From: Tubiluchus corallicola
Taxonomy: Eukaryota; Animalia; Priapulida
Reading direction: 5' to 3'
DNA length: 64,000 nt
NCBI GenBank assembly: GCA_030141605.1
Contig: JAQGDQ010000425.1
Span: forward strand, 135,822-199,821
Shown: positions 29,246 to 41,564 of the stretch, in pieces
How positions within the stretch are numbered: the first letter of the stretch is position 1
Layout: each line of letters opens with the position of its first letter
Translations under genes and position numbers: made by a program
The notes under the pieces: model-generated
Told to the model about the DNA's origin: nothing
Databases searched by the model: none
Seen by the model: only the letters and a program-made list of their open reading frames with translations

Positions 29246-29936
29246 CACTGCACTTCCGGTCAGCTTCTTTCTCTATTTCCTGCCTGTGAAGCTTGAAGGA
29301 AGCCTTGAAACTCAAGCTTTTGGATCCACGATTTCCTGCCTTTTCAACATGTTCATTAGCACTTCTGGCAACACCACTATTCTTATTATCGTTTTCCAGT
29401 TTTGGTGTGGTGTCGTGTTTTTGCTCTAAATGATCAGATGTCCTTTTAGCATCAGCCACCTTATCGTAGACACCAGACATTGTTTTCGCTTCAATGGACT
29501 TTTCGGCTTTGGTCCCTTTTTCATCACAGCTGTCATCAGACTGACGTCCAGACGTCCTCTTTTTACTGCTTCGTTCTTTATCCGTCTTTTTGGAGATCCG
29601 TTTCCCATCTACGTTTTCTAGCGGTGGCTTGCCATACACTTTTTCACATTCTTTGACGCTGCTCTTGGTACTAAATGTGTTCTTTACGACTGCAGGCTCA
29701 ACGTCGGTCTTACCAAAAGTCGCAAATGTGGTTTTGCACTCGACTTTCTCATACTGCTCCTTGGACTTATCACGGCGCGGCCTTAACCGTTCATATATCT
29801 TACTTTTTCCGTCTCCACCGGATTTCCTCTTCGCTTTGCCGTCACCGGTTTCCGCGTCGGAGTTTGCAACGAACTCCATCTGCGCACCGTCGGCCATTTT
29901 GTCAATAGCTTTTGTAATGTCACACGAGTTCAATGA
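29246..29936 (-). CDS. Large K/S/E/D-rich coding exon, candidate alternative N-terminus of SRGAP
   Basis: 230 uninterrupted, non-repetitive codons. In-frame acceptor AG at 29938-29937, or own start aaaATGG at 29897. Ends at phase-1 donor GTAAGT (29245), compatible with SRGAP exon 2. Linkage to SRGAP is inferred. Confidence 0.65.
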
Positions 29937-30223
29937 CTAGACATGTAGACATGTACACTATAGTGCTTGGTCCCACTTCACAAATGACACTTTACAGGAC
30001 GTGAAAGGCGGATGGGCTGGGCACTTCCGCTTGGGAATTCATTTCTGCAGCGGGTTGAATATGAGGAAATGATCACGGTTTTACCATGTACCAGATAATC
30101 TAAGTCAAGAACCTGAGAACAGGGCTGTGACAAAACAACTGCATCTAAGCTAAGCGATATTAAATACGTGTAGCTGCACCCATATACACTCAAAGCGGAC
30201 ACATCACACACTCTTACACTCAC

Positions 30224-30307
30224 CAAGCCAACTGAGTCACCATCATCAGCATGATCAGGTCCAAAACAAGCCGTCTCACTAGTGCAAGTGAACGCACACG
30301 CTGCCAT
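30224..30307 (-). CDS. Candidate upstream coding exon (MAACAFTCTSETACFGPDHADDGDSVGL) splicing to 29936
   Basis: ATG at 30307, 28 codons, donor GTGAGT at 30223 in phase 0, in frame with the acceptor at 29936. The pyrimidine tract of that acceptor is weak. Confidence 0.45.
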
Positions 30308-31949
30308 GCATCATGATGGAGCATCAAAGCATGCGAATCACACACAGTGCAAAAACCCTCACGAGGGGCGAGTACAAATCATAAACTCAGCTTAGAAGCC
30401 TGAACGAGATCCGGTTTTCTTTTGCAAACTTTTTGCCGCTAGACGCGTACTACAGAAATTAGAAAATGGCTTAAATAGCGTTGCAATGCAAGAATGGAAT
30501 GAATTACTATAATAACTATTTGACTAGCATGCAGTAGCGTTATTCCCAAAAATGATGGTGGTTACAGATTTTTGGGGTGACCCGAAAATTAAAAAAAAAA
30601 CAGCTGCTAATATTCGGATAGTTTACTTATATTTATACAAAAATGTTTGTCTTAAATTTCGTAAAGGCTGCAAAGACAATGTACTATTTTTTACTATTTG
30701 ATATGAAAAGCTGTTGATCACTAGTATATAACAGCAGTTGCAGTACTCTGCCTAGGCAATTCTCTGTTTTAAACACGTGAAATAACACAGCAGGAAAGTT
30801 CTAAACATGTCACACTCGACGATAGGCAAGCTGCCTGATTGTACAGAAGCCACCAAGAAAAATGTAAATATCAACAATAATCACAAACCAATCTGCTAAT
30901 ATTTCACCAACAACTATAAGAACAGGCTGTAATATCCCAATATCTAGGTTAGTGGGTCAAATAGGTTGTACGGATCGCAGCGAAAAGAAAACAGCAATGG
31001 TCCTAGCACTGAGCCTTGTACTGACCCACATAAAATATGTAGAGAAATTTGAGAAAACGTTAATTACTACTATTAATCACTAATTAGTCGGCCAACATTT
31101 TAGAAAGGTGGTAGGCAGCAGCCTAGACTGCACTTATCAAAATAAACTTTCGAAAACCATGCATTTGTAAAGAAACAAAAACAACAAATAACAACTACTA
31201 AGTGCTAATTGCAGCGCATCAAACTTAGTGTCAAAGTGTCTTATATGAATTGAAAACGTCTGTCAACTAATCCGACTTTACAAAGAATGCAATTGTTGCA
31301 AAAACCGTATTGTTATACTAACGGAACTTTAATACACGCAATGACACTCCAGCAAACTATAATATAACAACGTTTCCGTATATTTTCTGGCTGCATTTCA
31401 AACGAAGAGCTACCAGTCTTCAGAGCAGAGATAAGTTTGCATATCATTGTCTACTATAATCACAACACAGATCGGTTGTTCCAGCACCGTGTTAAAGCGA
31501 TAAACCTACACGCACAAAAAGCTAAGTTTGTTCACTGTCGAGAAACGTCTCTAATCTAAAGAACTCCCATGTAGGCTTCGAATCATGTTTAAAAGAACGG
31601 TTTAACGAACTCCAGTCAGTCGTTTTTGCCACATTCTCAGTCCAGGACTTCACAGACAGTGGATGTAACTTAACGCCATAAAATGTGCAGTTAGCACAAC
31701 TTTGCTAAATACCTCACTCAGGGCAGTAATTATATACCCAGCCAATTAACTCTCAGTGTACCCAATAAACAGTGCTCCCTCATTGCTGACTAGCATGGTT
31801 TTAAGGAAAATAAAACCCAGCCGTCTACCTTGCTGAACAACAGATTAAGAAAAATGAACGAACCAGTAAAAAATACATAAATTATCAGAGTGGATGGATG
31901 CAGAGAAGGTAAAAGGGAAGGTATTGTGAATGACGAATGGAAGCAGACA

Positions 31950-32080
31950 GACAGACGAATATACAAATAAATGAATAAATAATGAAATATTTTGATAAAT
32001 AAATGAATAACTGAATGAATGAACGAACGAATAGATGAATGGATGAATGAATGAATGGATGGACGAACGAACGAGTAAAT
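31950..32080. repeat. Degenerate (GAAT/AAAT/GGAT)n tract
   Basis: Visible tetranucleotide repeats; explains ORFs 31790..32200 and 31845..32219. Confidence 0.85.
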
Positions 32081-33028
32081 GAAAATTATCAGAAAGAAGA
32101 AAAAATGTATAGAAATGAAAGCATGAAGAAAAATGTAAGAAGAACAAGGAAAAATGAGCAGAAAAGCATAATACAGCCAACTGCGATGAAAATTTTGCAA
32201 CTACTGTGCTCATTACCAAGACCTGGATTTGAACTCATTGTGTGCAAATCAAACACGTTCTACGCCACACAATGTGGTTTGCGCAAACTTACGAATATGC
32301 TCTGAATATAATGAAGAGTGACAGCGAATGGAAGAGATGATTATTAAGTACAGGCATATATATATAAAACATTTATAAAAAATTATTTCAAGTGGTAATG
32401 ACGGTTCATACGAATACTGAGAACTCAATCACCTGCCTTTGCTTTTCATATTAAAAGTTTGTATTTGGGAACAAGTGCAGACAGACTAGGTGATATTTTA
32501 AACTGAATTGGCGGTTCACGCCATTGACCAACGTTGGCGGTGTCCATTCTTCCATAAATCAGAGACTGAACGTCCAAAACACGTCAAAAACATGCACCAC
32601 ACAACACGCAGTCGTTTCTAGGAGAGGTCATAGATACGTGAGAAAGAGGACGTGGATGTGCAAGATTAATATCTCACTGTCTGATCCAAAAAATGTGAAG
32701 CAGTTCGATTCCAAAATGATACAAGTTTTGATGCCTCTTCCATAACTATATGAAGTAGGCCTATTACGTTTTAAGCTCCAGGAGACAGACGGGAATACCC
32801 CAAATGCTGTGCTTCCATAATTGTATCTGATATGATTAAGTTGAGATTGAAGATGCTGAGGACCCGCGCTCTACATACGCCGCCAGTTTGTAAACACTCG
32901 AAGATTGACTGGACACATATGTTGAGAAAATAACGTGTCCTCTTGGAGCTACTCTGCTGCAGCCGACTTTGCAAAAGCTAAAGCAGAAACAGGTCAGGAC
33001 GTTTGCTGGTCAAAGAAATGGCTATTAT

Positions 33029-33264
33029 CAGGGCCTGTTTCAGGGGGGGGGAGTGGGGATACTTCCCCGGGGCCTCACCCTCCGGGGGAACCTCGCGCCG
33101 AGGTAACATTTTTTTGCTTTATGCGAACATACTGTATAACTCCATATTTTCTCTTCGAAAATGCTTCTCCGGCGTTCTAGCAGTTCAAAAATTTTCTGGG
33201 CCTCCCCCGAGGAGGCCTCACACGCCACTTTCCCGGGGCCTCGCTTTGGCTGAAATAAGCCCTG
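33029..33264. mobile_element. hAT-type MITE, 236 bp, GC-rich
   Basis: TIRs CAGGGCCTGTTTCAG and (reverse complement) CAGGGCTTATTTCAG; 8-bp TSD GCTATTAT / GCTATCAT (7 of 8 match). Confidence 0.85.
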
Positions 33265-33948
33265 GCTATCATCTCAAACTTTACGAAAAAGATAACTAAG
33301 GCAAAGAAGCCTATGACACCCAACAAAATTAAGGGAACCTAAATCATGTACTAAGAGAATAGTTTCGTTTGTAACAAGCTGGATAAGTGAGAATAGACAA
33401 CATCATTTCTGCTGACGATAACTGAAGCTTGTAGAACAGAACTGAAGCTCCTAGAATAGATAGTCTAATCTAAACAGGCCCTTACGATTTATGAATAGCT
33501 ACGACAAACAATAGATCAGCTGGATAAGACCTGAACTCATTCATTTTTTACACATATTCCTCAAATCCCGTGGTACATTAATAGAGAAAAAAAACATGCG
33601 AAGCGAAGAATCCCGATTTAAATAACATTTAATTCGTTTTTCAGATCAAATCCATTCATTAACTGTCCGACTACTTACTTGATCTTACAAACCCATACAC
33701 AATCGTAAACAAACAATTATGACCACACACCACATATAGGTAGGCGAGCTATAAATACATATGCAGCACAAATCGTAAAGAATTTTATGTACACGCAGCC
33801 ACATTATTTAACGCATTGCACGTCAATTTAAAGCATTCACATGTACATCCTACACAATGAAACACCAGGAAATGAAATAAGTCGTGGTTGTAAACTTCAG
33901 GATGCCAGTTTTCCCACCCCTGATTTCCGCCACATCCACTGGACTATT

Positions 33949-34618
33949 TATTGTGTCAAAAGGGGTGGGTAGCTGATAGCAACATCAATGATTTCTCGTT
34001 AAAAATTAGGAGAAGGAGCTCACATGATACGCTAAATATCTCATAGAATTGAAACTGAAAACAAGACTTATTAAACGTATTAACAGAACTACGGTATTCT
34101 CAGCAGCAGTATAACTAAATTTAAATCTTGGCAAACAGCCAAAAACGCCTAAAACGAACGTTTCATGTATCTAGTCACGACGACAGTAACGTTATTCCAC
34201 TATAAATTTCACACTTATTTTATTAGTAGTTTAAACTTTGAATATTCAAACATTAATTTTCGCTCTGTTTCCAAAGAAGGGCCTTCTAAATCAAACGATC
34301 CAATGTAAATGATGTTTGTCCGGACATGACAACAATTTATTACGTTTGCGCCTATAAACGTATAGGATTTCTAAAGTTACCGAGTTTTGCCATATCATAA
34401 ACAATGTTGAGCAACCTACGTACGAAACCTGACTTCCTGTTTACGAAGCCGGCAGCATGTGAATTAAGCAGAAAATTTGTGAAAGGAGCGAGTCGAATAC
34501 ATACTTTTAATATGAAAAGCAAAAGCAGGTGATTGAGTTCTCAGTTACTATTAAACTAAAATTCGTATGAACCATTATTACCACTTAAAATATTTGTTTA
34601 AAAATGTTATATATATAT

Positions 34619-34654
<36 letters not shown>

Positions 34655-34752
34655 TTTATATTATATATATAGCGTATCATGTTAGCTCCTCCCAATTTTT
34701 AATGAGAAATCATTGATGTTGCTATCAGCTACCCACCCCTTTTGACACAATA
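33949..34752. repeat. Near-identical inverted repeat of about 85 bp (33949-34034 and 34670-34752)
   Basis: TATTGTGTCAAAAGGGGTGGGTAGCTGATAGCAACATCAATGATTTCTC...CATGATACGCTA occurs on both strands with a few mismatches and one small indel. The right copy sits inside a (TA)n run. Confidence 0.9.
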
Positions 34753-34946
34753 TATATATATGAATATAAGAATATATATATATAGTTAGAAAATCACTCT
34801 TAAAACTATTAATCAGTAATAATAATGTTTAATTAAAATTACTGTTGTTTTCAGAAAAACATAGGCCTTATTTGAGGTTTTTTGAGATAGTTTAGTCATT
34901 AGGTCATGCTATTTTAATAACTAGCAGGCAAAAGAGAAAAAATGGG

Positions 34947-35198
34947 TTACGTCAACCATACAAAGTGACAGAATTTGTCTGTTGTCTAATTGGTTACGTA
35001 ATTACGTAAAATTAACGAAGTTCAATTTTGTCGTTATTAATTATCCGGTGACCTATTACGTCAACCATACAAACTGACACTGTTACCAGGGCAACCAAGA
35101 ACACATCAACAAAAAAAGGAAACGTTAAACACTGTTAACTGTAACACTTATTAAGGACAGCATTTATAATCTAACGTGCGTTAAAAATTCTGACGTAA
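34947..35198 (+). promoter_or_regulatory. Putative promoter of the CLEC16A-like ORF: RFX X-box plus bZIP (CRE/PAR-like) cluster
   Basis: GTTACCAGGGCAAC (35082-35095); TTACGTCA at 34947 and 35056 within a duplicated 24-mer; tandem TTACGTAA at 34994 and 35002; TGACGTAA at 35191. Confidence 0.5.
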
Positions 35199-35203
35199 TC
35201 GAG

Positions 35204-37678
35204 ATGTTAGCCAAGACGAAGGCAGAATATTCATTAAAACACCTAAGGACGCTGCAGCAGATCCTAGAAGGCAACCAGGAACAACTAACCTGGATCGACC
35301 GTAAAATGGTTGTGGAAGTTATGCGTCAAGTGGGAGAGTGTGTTGTCTGGGGAGACCAAAATGACACCAGAGTGGTAGAATTTTTTTACGAAACCAACAT
35401 GATAAAGCTGATGCTGAAAATAGTAAAGTGCGCAGAAGGCCGAGGGACATGCGCTGTTCAGTTCCTTCAAACGATGAACATGCTTGTCCAGAATATCACT
35501 GACGAAACTTCCATGTATTACCTGCTGTCAAACAATCAAATGAATGTAATCATCAGGTTTCGCTTCAATTTTTCGAATGAAGAGATTATTGGATATTACA
35601 TAACGTTCCTGAAAGCACTGTCGATGAAACTCAATGAGCGTACCATACATTTCTTCTATAACGAACAAGCAAATGACTTTCCTCTTTATACAAGGGCCAT
35701 AAAGTTCTGTAATCACAGTGAAATTATGGTAAGAAATGCTGTCAGGATGTTAACTCTCACAGTCTACAAATCTGCTGATAAAAATGTACTCAATTTCATA
35801 CTCAGGGACAAGAAAGCTGCCTTGTACTTCTCCAACTTAGTCTGGTTCATTGCCAAACATGTCATTCAAATGGACAGCTGTATTCAAGACATCAACCATA
35901 CTACCAGTTCTCAAATTAACGTCCGCATCGTTGAGCATTACAATTACCTTCAATACATTAATGATATTCTAATGCTCGGTATTGAAGACATCAACAATGT
36001 TCTCGTAAACCTACTGCTAAACCAGTTGTTCATCCCTTTGTATGTACAATCCCTAAGAAAGGAAACGAAAGAAGACAACGACTTTGATGCTAGGGCAGAA
36101 AAAACCTGTTTAAGTTCAAACATTGCCATGTACCTCCTTTCACAAGTCTTCCTTGTCATAGAACATGCACCATTGATACATCAGCTTGCTAGTGCCATCT
36201 TCAATGATCATAAACCACAACATCAGTTAGGTATAGTTAACCGGATTCTATCCAAACATAGCTTTAGCCAAACATCCATAAGCAACCACAGCTTTTCAAT
36301 TACAGGAGAACAAGAAAACATGGCAGCTGATAAATTAAAAACACACATGCAAATATTTCTCAAAGACAGACCCTACTTAGATGCCATATTCAGTGCACTG
36401 GAATGTGCAGAAAGTGATTACCACGCGTTAATTGCTCTTTACTTGCTCTTTGGTATTCATTACCACCCATGTCTTGCTGAAGATGTGATGCTTACCACCA
36501 TCTTAAAACCTGTTGATGATTCCATTAAACTGAAATATTTGCATAACACAATACTAGGAGAACGCCTAATCAGAATCATTACCATTAGTAGTCATCCTAA
36601 CAGCAACGTGAGACCAATAACACTGGAGATAGCCACTCTGGTCCTTAAAGAACTTGTGAAAAGTAAAAAAGGTGCCAGTTTTGTACAACACGCTCATTTG
36701 GCAAGAATACAAGAAGCTTTAAAGGAGTCGGTACTGCAGCTGCAGTTATTTTACCAGACAGAAGAAGCATTTCTAGATTTATTTGAAAACGAATACGAGC
36801 AGCTCACTTCTGTTTGCCTAAATGTGGAGCAACTGACATTGGACCCCAATCTTCTGTTACCATATGAATGTCCCTGCACATTAAGGACAGAATTTGCTAG
36901 ACGCTTGCCACACGGGGATGTTGAACGAGCCAGAAGGGGCATCTACAACTTCTTGTTAATAAGAGATCTGTCACTGACGCTGAGGTATCAACCGGAAACG
37001 CAATTACCTCTCACAAATCCTAACCAACTCACAAACTTAAATGACATCTTTGATCTCTCAGGAATCAAAGTGACAATGTGTATCCACGTCACTGGCGATG
37101 GCCAAAAGTTGCAGAGACTTATGACCACTGACAACTGGCAGATGATCCTTTTAAGACCAGACCCCGTTATGCCCGATCGTGGCATTGTTTCCTTCGTTGG
37201 ACTTCTACAGGACCTTGAGGTCGTCATCCTACGTAATACCAATCATTTCCTACACATTTCAATTCCAAAGCCATATTCATTAACTTCCAATGAAGACACC
37301 TGTCAGCAGACTCTGAAACTGGCCTTTGAGAATCACAGTTCGGCTGTGCAAGCAAAACGACATCTAGAGTTTGGCAAGATTAAAGCTCGTCAACAAAAGA
37401 TGATGCAGATTGCCAGGATACTTGACCTACAACTTAGACCAATGCCGATGGAAGCGACATCAAATGTGCAGGAGGAATATCCTTCACACCGTTGTACTTC
37501 AATGCCAGGTGATTTCCAAGCCAAGTCTCGACTAGTTAACACAGACAAAATGTCGCATGACTCGATGACCACAATTAATGAACTTCCACATCGGCATAAT
37601 GCTAGACGATCAGTCTCTATGGGAACAGAACGCAAAGTCAGCTTTTCGGTAGCATGGAACGATAAACAACAATTTTAA
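35204..37678 (+). CDS. CLEC16A: CLEC16A/GOP-1/Ema-family protein (FPL domain), intronless, 824 aa
   Basis: Family motifs WGDQND, QFLQTMNML..NI..ETSMYYLLSNN, FNFSNEEII.YYI.FLK.LS.KLN..TIHFFYNE..NDFPLY..AIKF.NH.E.MVR, YFSNLVWFI, FLDLFE.EY, RLP.GDVERARR.I..F, F.GLLQD, ARQ.KM..IA..LDL. AATAAA at 37680, directly after the stop. Confidence 0.95.
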   Translation: MLAKTKAEYSLKHLRTLQQILEGNQEQLTWIDRKMVVEVMRQVGECVVWGDQNDTRVVEFFYETNMIKLMLKIVKCAEGRGTCAVQFLQTMNMLVQNITDETSMYYLLSNNQMNVIIRFRFNFSNEEIIGYYITFLKALSMKLNERTIHFFYNEQANDFPLYTRAIKFCNHSEIMVRNAVRMLTLTVYKSADKNVLNFILRDKKAALYFSNLVWFIAKHVIQMDSCIQDINHTTSSQINVRIVEHYNYLQYINDILMLGIEDINNVLVNLLLNQLFIPLYVQSLRKETKEDNDFDARAEKTCLSSNIAMYLLSQVFLVIEHAPLIHQLASAIFNDHKPQHQLGIVNRILSKHSFSQTSISNHSFSITGEQENMAADKLKTHMQIFLKDRPYLDAIFSALECAESDYHALIALYLLFGIHYHPCLAEDVMLTTILKPVDDSIKLKYLHNTILGERLIRIITISSHPNSNVRPITLEIATLVLKELVKSKKGASFVQHAHLARIQEALKESVLQLQLFYQTEEAFLDLFENEYEQLTSVCLNVEQLTLDPNLLLPYECPCTLRTEFARRLPHGDVERARRGIYNFLLIRDLSLTLRYQPETQLPLTNPNQLTNLNDIFDLSGIKVTMCIHVTGDGQKLQRLMTTDNWQMILLRPDPVMPDRGIVSFVGLLQDLEVVILRNTNHFLHISIPKPYSLTSNEDTCQQTLKLAFENHSSAVQAKRHLEFGKIKARQQKMMQIARILDLQLRPMPMEATSNVQEEYPSHRCTSMPGDFQAKSRLVNTDKMSHDSMTTINELPHRHNARRSVSMGTERKVSFSVAWNDKQQF

Positions 37679-37713
37679 TAATAAAAAATTCTTGTACATC
37701 TCTTATGTAATCA

Positions 37714-37980
37714 CTGTCTATCTCTATCTGTCTGCCCGCTTATCTGTCTGTTTAAAAAGGCCGGTATTACTATCTACTTCTATCTGTCTGCTTGCTTGTC
37801 AGTCTGTGCATTTGTCTTCCCTCTATTTATCTATCTATCTATGTAGTAAAAGTATCTATCGAATAACATGGCAGAGCTCTGTTAGCAAGTAAGTAAGTAG
37901 GTAAATATAAAGTAAATAAGTACGCAAGTAAGTAAGTAAGTCAGTCAGTAAGTAAGTAAGTAAATAAGTAAGCAAGTAAA
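37714..37980. repeat. Degenerate (CTAT/CTGT)n and (GTAA)n tracts
   Basis: Tetranucleotide repeats downstream of the CLEC16A-like stop. Confidence 0.8.
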
Positions 37981-38441
37981 TTACTTATTACAATTCACTT
38001 AACGTAAAGTCGTCAGCCATGAATCGCAAATCACTCGTTAAGTACAAACTCAAAGTGAAGCTCAATTTTATCAAACTCAAATTTCTCCATAGCGTTTCTC
38101 CCGCTAAATATTACCCATGTCAACCTGATAATCATGGACTAACATGGCCTCGCTGACCCCGGATGCAGCCTTTACGTGGTCCACACAGTGATTGAACTTA
38201 TTACCCACAAATTTGCATTGACTATGAGCCAGATTCCAGTCTTGCCACACACCATCAGTTGCTGTTCGGGAGCTGGATTCTATCTTACAAACTGATTAAC
38301 TAACTGTGTAAAATTGTTTAAAATTGGGTTCAGACAGACAGACTTTTGGGAGTTATTAAAAATAAACCTATAGTAACACTGGCAAGAACTCATAAGGTAA
38401 ATCGAAGGCATGAACTTACACAATATTTCAACGGTAACGAA

Positions 38442-38729
38442 ATAGTGGTAGTAGTAATAGTAGCAGCAGCAGTAGTAGCAACAGCCAGCAGTAGTAGCAG
38501 TAGTAGCAACAGCCAGCAGCAGCAGTAGTAGCAACAGCCAGCAGCAGCGGTAGTAGCAACAGCCAGCAGCAGCAGCAGAAGTAATAATGGTAGTAGTCGT
38601 GAGTCATAGTCGTAGTAGTAGTAGTGGTAGTAGTAGTAGTTGCAGTAACAGTAGTAGTAGTAATGGTAGTAGTAGTCGTCGTAGTGGTAGTGGTAGTATT
38701 TGTAGTAATAGCAGTGGTGGTGGTGGTAG
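38442..38729. repeat. Compound (TAG/CAG/TGG)n microsatellite
   Basis: Trinucleotide runs; explains three low-complexity ORFs. Confidence 0.95.
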
Positions 38730-39083
38730 ACAATTTATTTTGATAATTTCGACATAAATGTTACACAAACAACATGACAATTACAGATGTCAAGGAGACT
38801 GCTACAAGAAAAAACTGCAAGGTCGCAGACGTTGCCACCAGAAAAACTTTTTTTGAATTTTTGCAAGCAATACTTTGATATTACAAAAAAAACTTGCATG
38901 ACTTAATCAATTAAAGCACTTAAACAACGAATCGGACACAATTCTGGTCGTAATTTAGTCCTGTTAAAGTTTAAAAACAAATTTCCATTTTATTAATAAT
39001 ACTGATTACGATGAACGCATTAATTTTGCCAATCAAAGCCGTTAAAAATACCCACGAACAGCGTCAAAAAGTAACAAGTGAAG

Positions 39084-39102
39084 TTGCCGCTAGATGGCAG
39101 CA
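39084..39102 (+). promoter_or_regulatory. CTCF-like motif
   Basis: TTGCCGCTAGATGGCAGCA matches the CTCF core CCRSYAGRKGGCRS. Confidence 0.45.
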
Positions 39103-41564
39103 TGTCACCAGTGCATTCAATTTTTCTGACATGAGCTAAACCCGCCCATAATGCATGGAAAAATTAAAATAATTCATCCTAGGGTCAATTCACTTAGATT
39201 TTTAAAAACTTCGCATGCGACTATCTCGAACTTGCTTGAAAAAATTCAAAAATACTTCAGTACCTGTAATGAACACATACAAACTTTTAAGAGTAGAACT
39301 TCTATAGCTCTTGATTGTGATATTAATTGTGAACTTATGTGAACGCCGTTTATTTTTACTCACGAGTACCCGATTTACGTTTTTAGCACGGTTTCATCAC
39401 TTGGTGAAAACAAAACGAAAAGCACTTGCAAAAATTGAAACAAGTGTGAACGAGGCCTTCACTTCTCTTACCCTGTACATGTCCGTTGTGTCCTTACTAG
39501 AAAAATAAAGCATTTTCGAAACCAAAAGAATTATTATAAAATTCTCTCTGCACTGGTCGAAATGTTAAACGTATAACATGCCTATAAAATTAGTACAACA
39601 TCATCTAAAACAATCAGCTACAGCCGTTTTGTGATTACGAATAATAATCTAGAAACCATTAACTAAATTTTCTATTATACCCATTGCATAAAATGATAAC
39701 AAATTGCATTTGCTATTGAACTCTTATTTCCTGGACGGAGGGGTCTTTATGACTCACAGAATAACACTTCGTGATGACCAGTGGTCGTTGAGATTGATCA
39801 TTGATCAATACTAATTAGTTTTACACTATCCTTGCTAACACACGTAGGCACACAGTCAATCAATATTGCTAAAGTATTTGGAAATAATTAACGTATTGAT
39901 CGGCAGAAGGAAGAATAATTATGATAGTTTCAAGATTCTTAAAAATAACACTTTCCCGCACGTACCTTAACAAAATTAATACGAGGAAGTTAGTACATTA
40001 ATAGTGCAGTGTAATTAAATTAAATACTTAATAACTAAATAAATAAATAGACGATAACAGTTATGGGCTATTATAACCATTGCAAACAAATTTTTGGGAA
40101 AGTAGGTACTTCAAAGGCTGAAGTGGCAGAGCCCTGATAGCCAAGTATTCAAAGATTAAAGGACAGCACATGTAAAACTGGTTTGGGAGAATAGAAACGT
40201 ACATGTATAATCATTATGATTATTACTATATTACCATGTAGTCATGATCAACTATATTAAAATGTAACATTTCACAAGGATAATTGAGGATAATATACAA
40301 GCCTTGGAAGTGGAATAAGAAAAGCATGTCCTACCATCTATTGTCAAACAAAGTATATTTATTATATTATTTGCTCGCACACTATTCGCTATCCTTAATT
40401 TCTTGCGTTTTTACAGTACGTAAGCAAGTAACATCTTTATTCGCCATAATAATATTGAGAATCATAACAACATATTAAGGTATTCAATCAGTGAAAGTTA
40501 AAAAACGTACATTGTTGGAGATAAATGCGACAGTGCAAAATCTAAACTGCGAGTACAAAAAGAAAATATCACATATATAGGCCTTATGCTCCTTGTATTG
40601 CAAATATGTTTTATAGAATTATTATTACAAATAAAAACTAATTAATTAACTGGCAACCTATGACAAGCTATTAAATACGAGAAAGAACATTCACAAACTT
40701 TCGAAAAATCAGGTATCATAATTTTTGATGATAACGACGCGTAAACACGCAATGAACGTAAACAACAAACCAGAACACGTAAACAAATTTACCCTTTACA
40801 CTGCTGCAATCCTAAATCAAACAAATGTACGCATAACTTCCTACGATTCTCACCTGACAATCAATTTCACGTAATCAGTTGATATAATTCCTGTCTAGCA
40901 ACATTTGTCAGCTTATTCTAGAAACGCTAATACCTTAAACAGTTCATATCGTGGCCCAAATTTGTGCTAGAATTGTGGTTTAAAACAGTCAAAAACGGTT
41001 ATCTATAGAGAGAGTCGGGGCAAAGAGAGACAGGGGTGGGGGAGTTGGAACATTTAAAGCACAAGAAAACCCTCCACTTTGATAAAGCTAAAAAAATTCG
41101 TGTTGAAATTTTGTACTACTTACATACTGCCTCTTAACATACAGTGCTTGTAACGCTGTACAGAACATACAAATTTAAACCCCGCGATGACCGTTAGACG
41201 CAGCCATTTTGACAATAAGTCATTTAAAACAAGTTTAGATAAGATTCTGTAAAGTTTGAAAAAATAATCAGAGCATTCGTAGCCCACACGTTGCTAATTA
41301 AGTAAAATTTTTAATTACTGTATTTTGTCAATAAGATTAAAAGTACATTTTTTCATTAGTCAGTGGCTAGTCACTTTTTTGTGACCTATTTTTATCCTGT
41401 TTTATGTAACTTTTGCAAGTTGTCCATATAGGGTCACACGTCACTTCTGTTATTCTTACAACGTGTCATCAAATGCAAACTTTTGTATACAGCACACTTG
41501 TTACAGGCCAACATGTGTAATGGTATAAGGCGTTTGGATAGTGTCTTTTGTTAGTCAACTTTAC

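Noticed and set aside
35285-37635. Short antisense ORFs inside the CLEC16A-like CDS as SRGAP exons
   Set aside because: Shadow ORFs of the coding strand with no SRGAP similarity.
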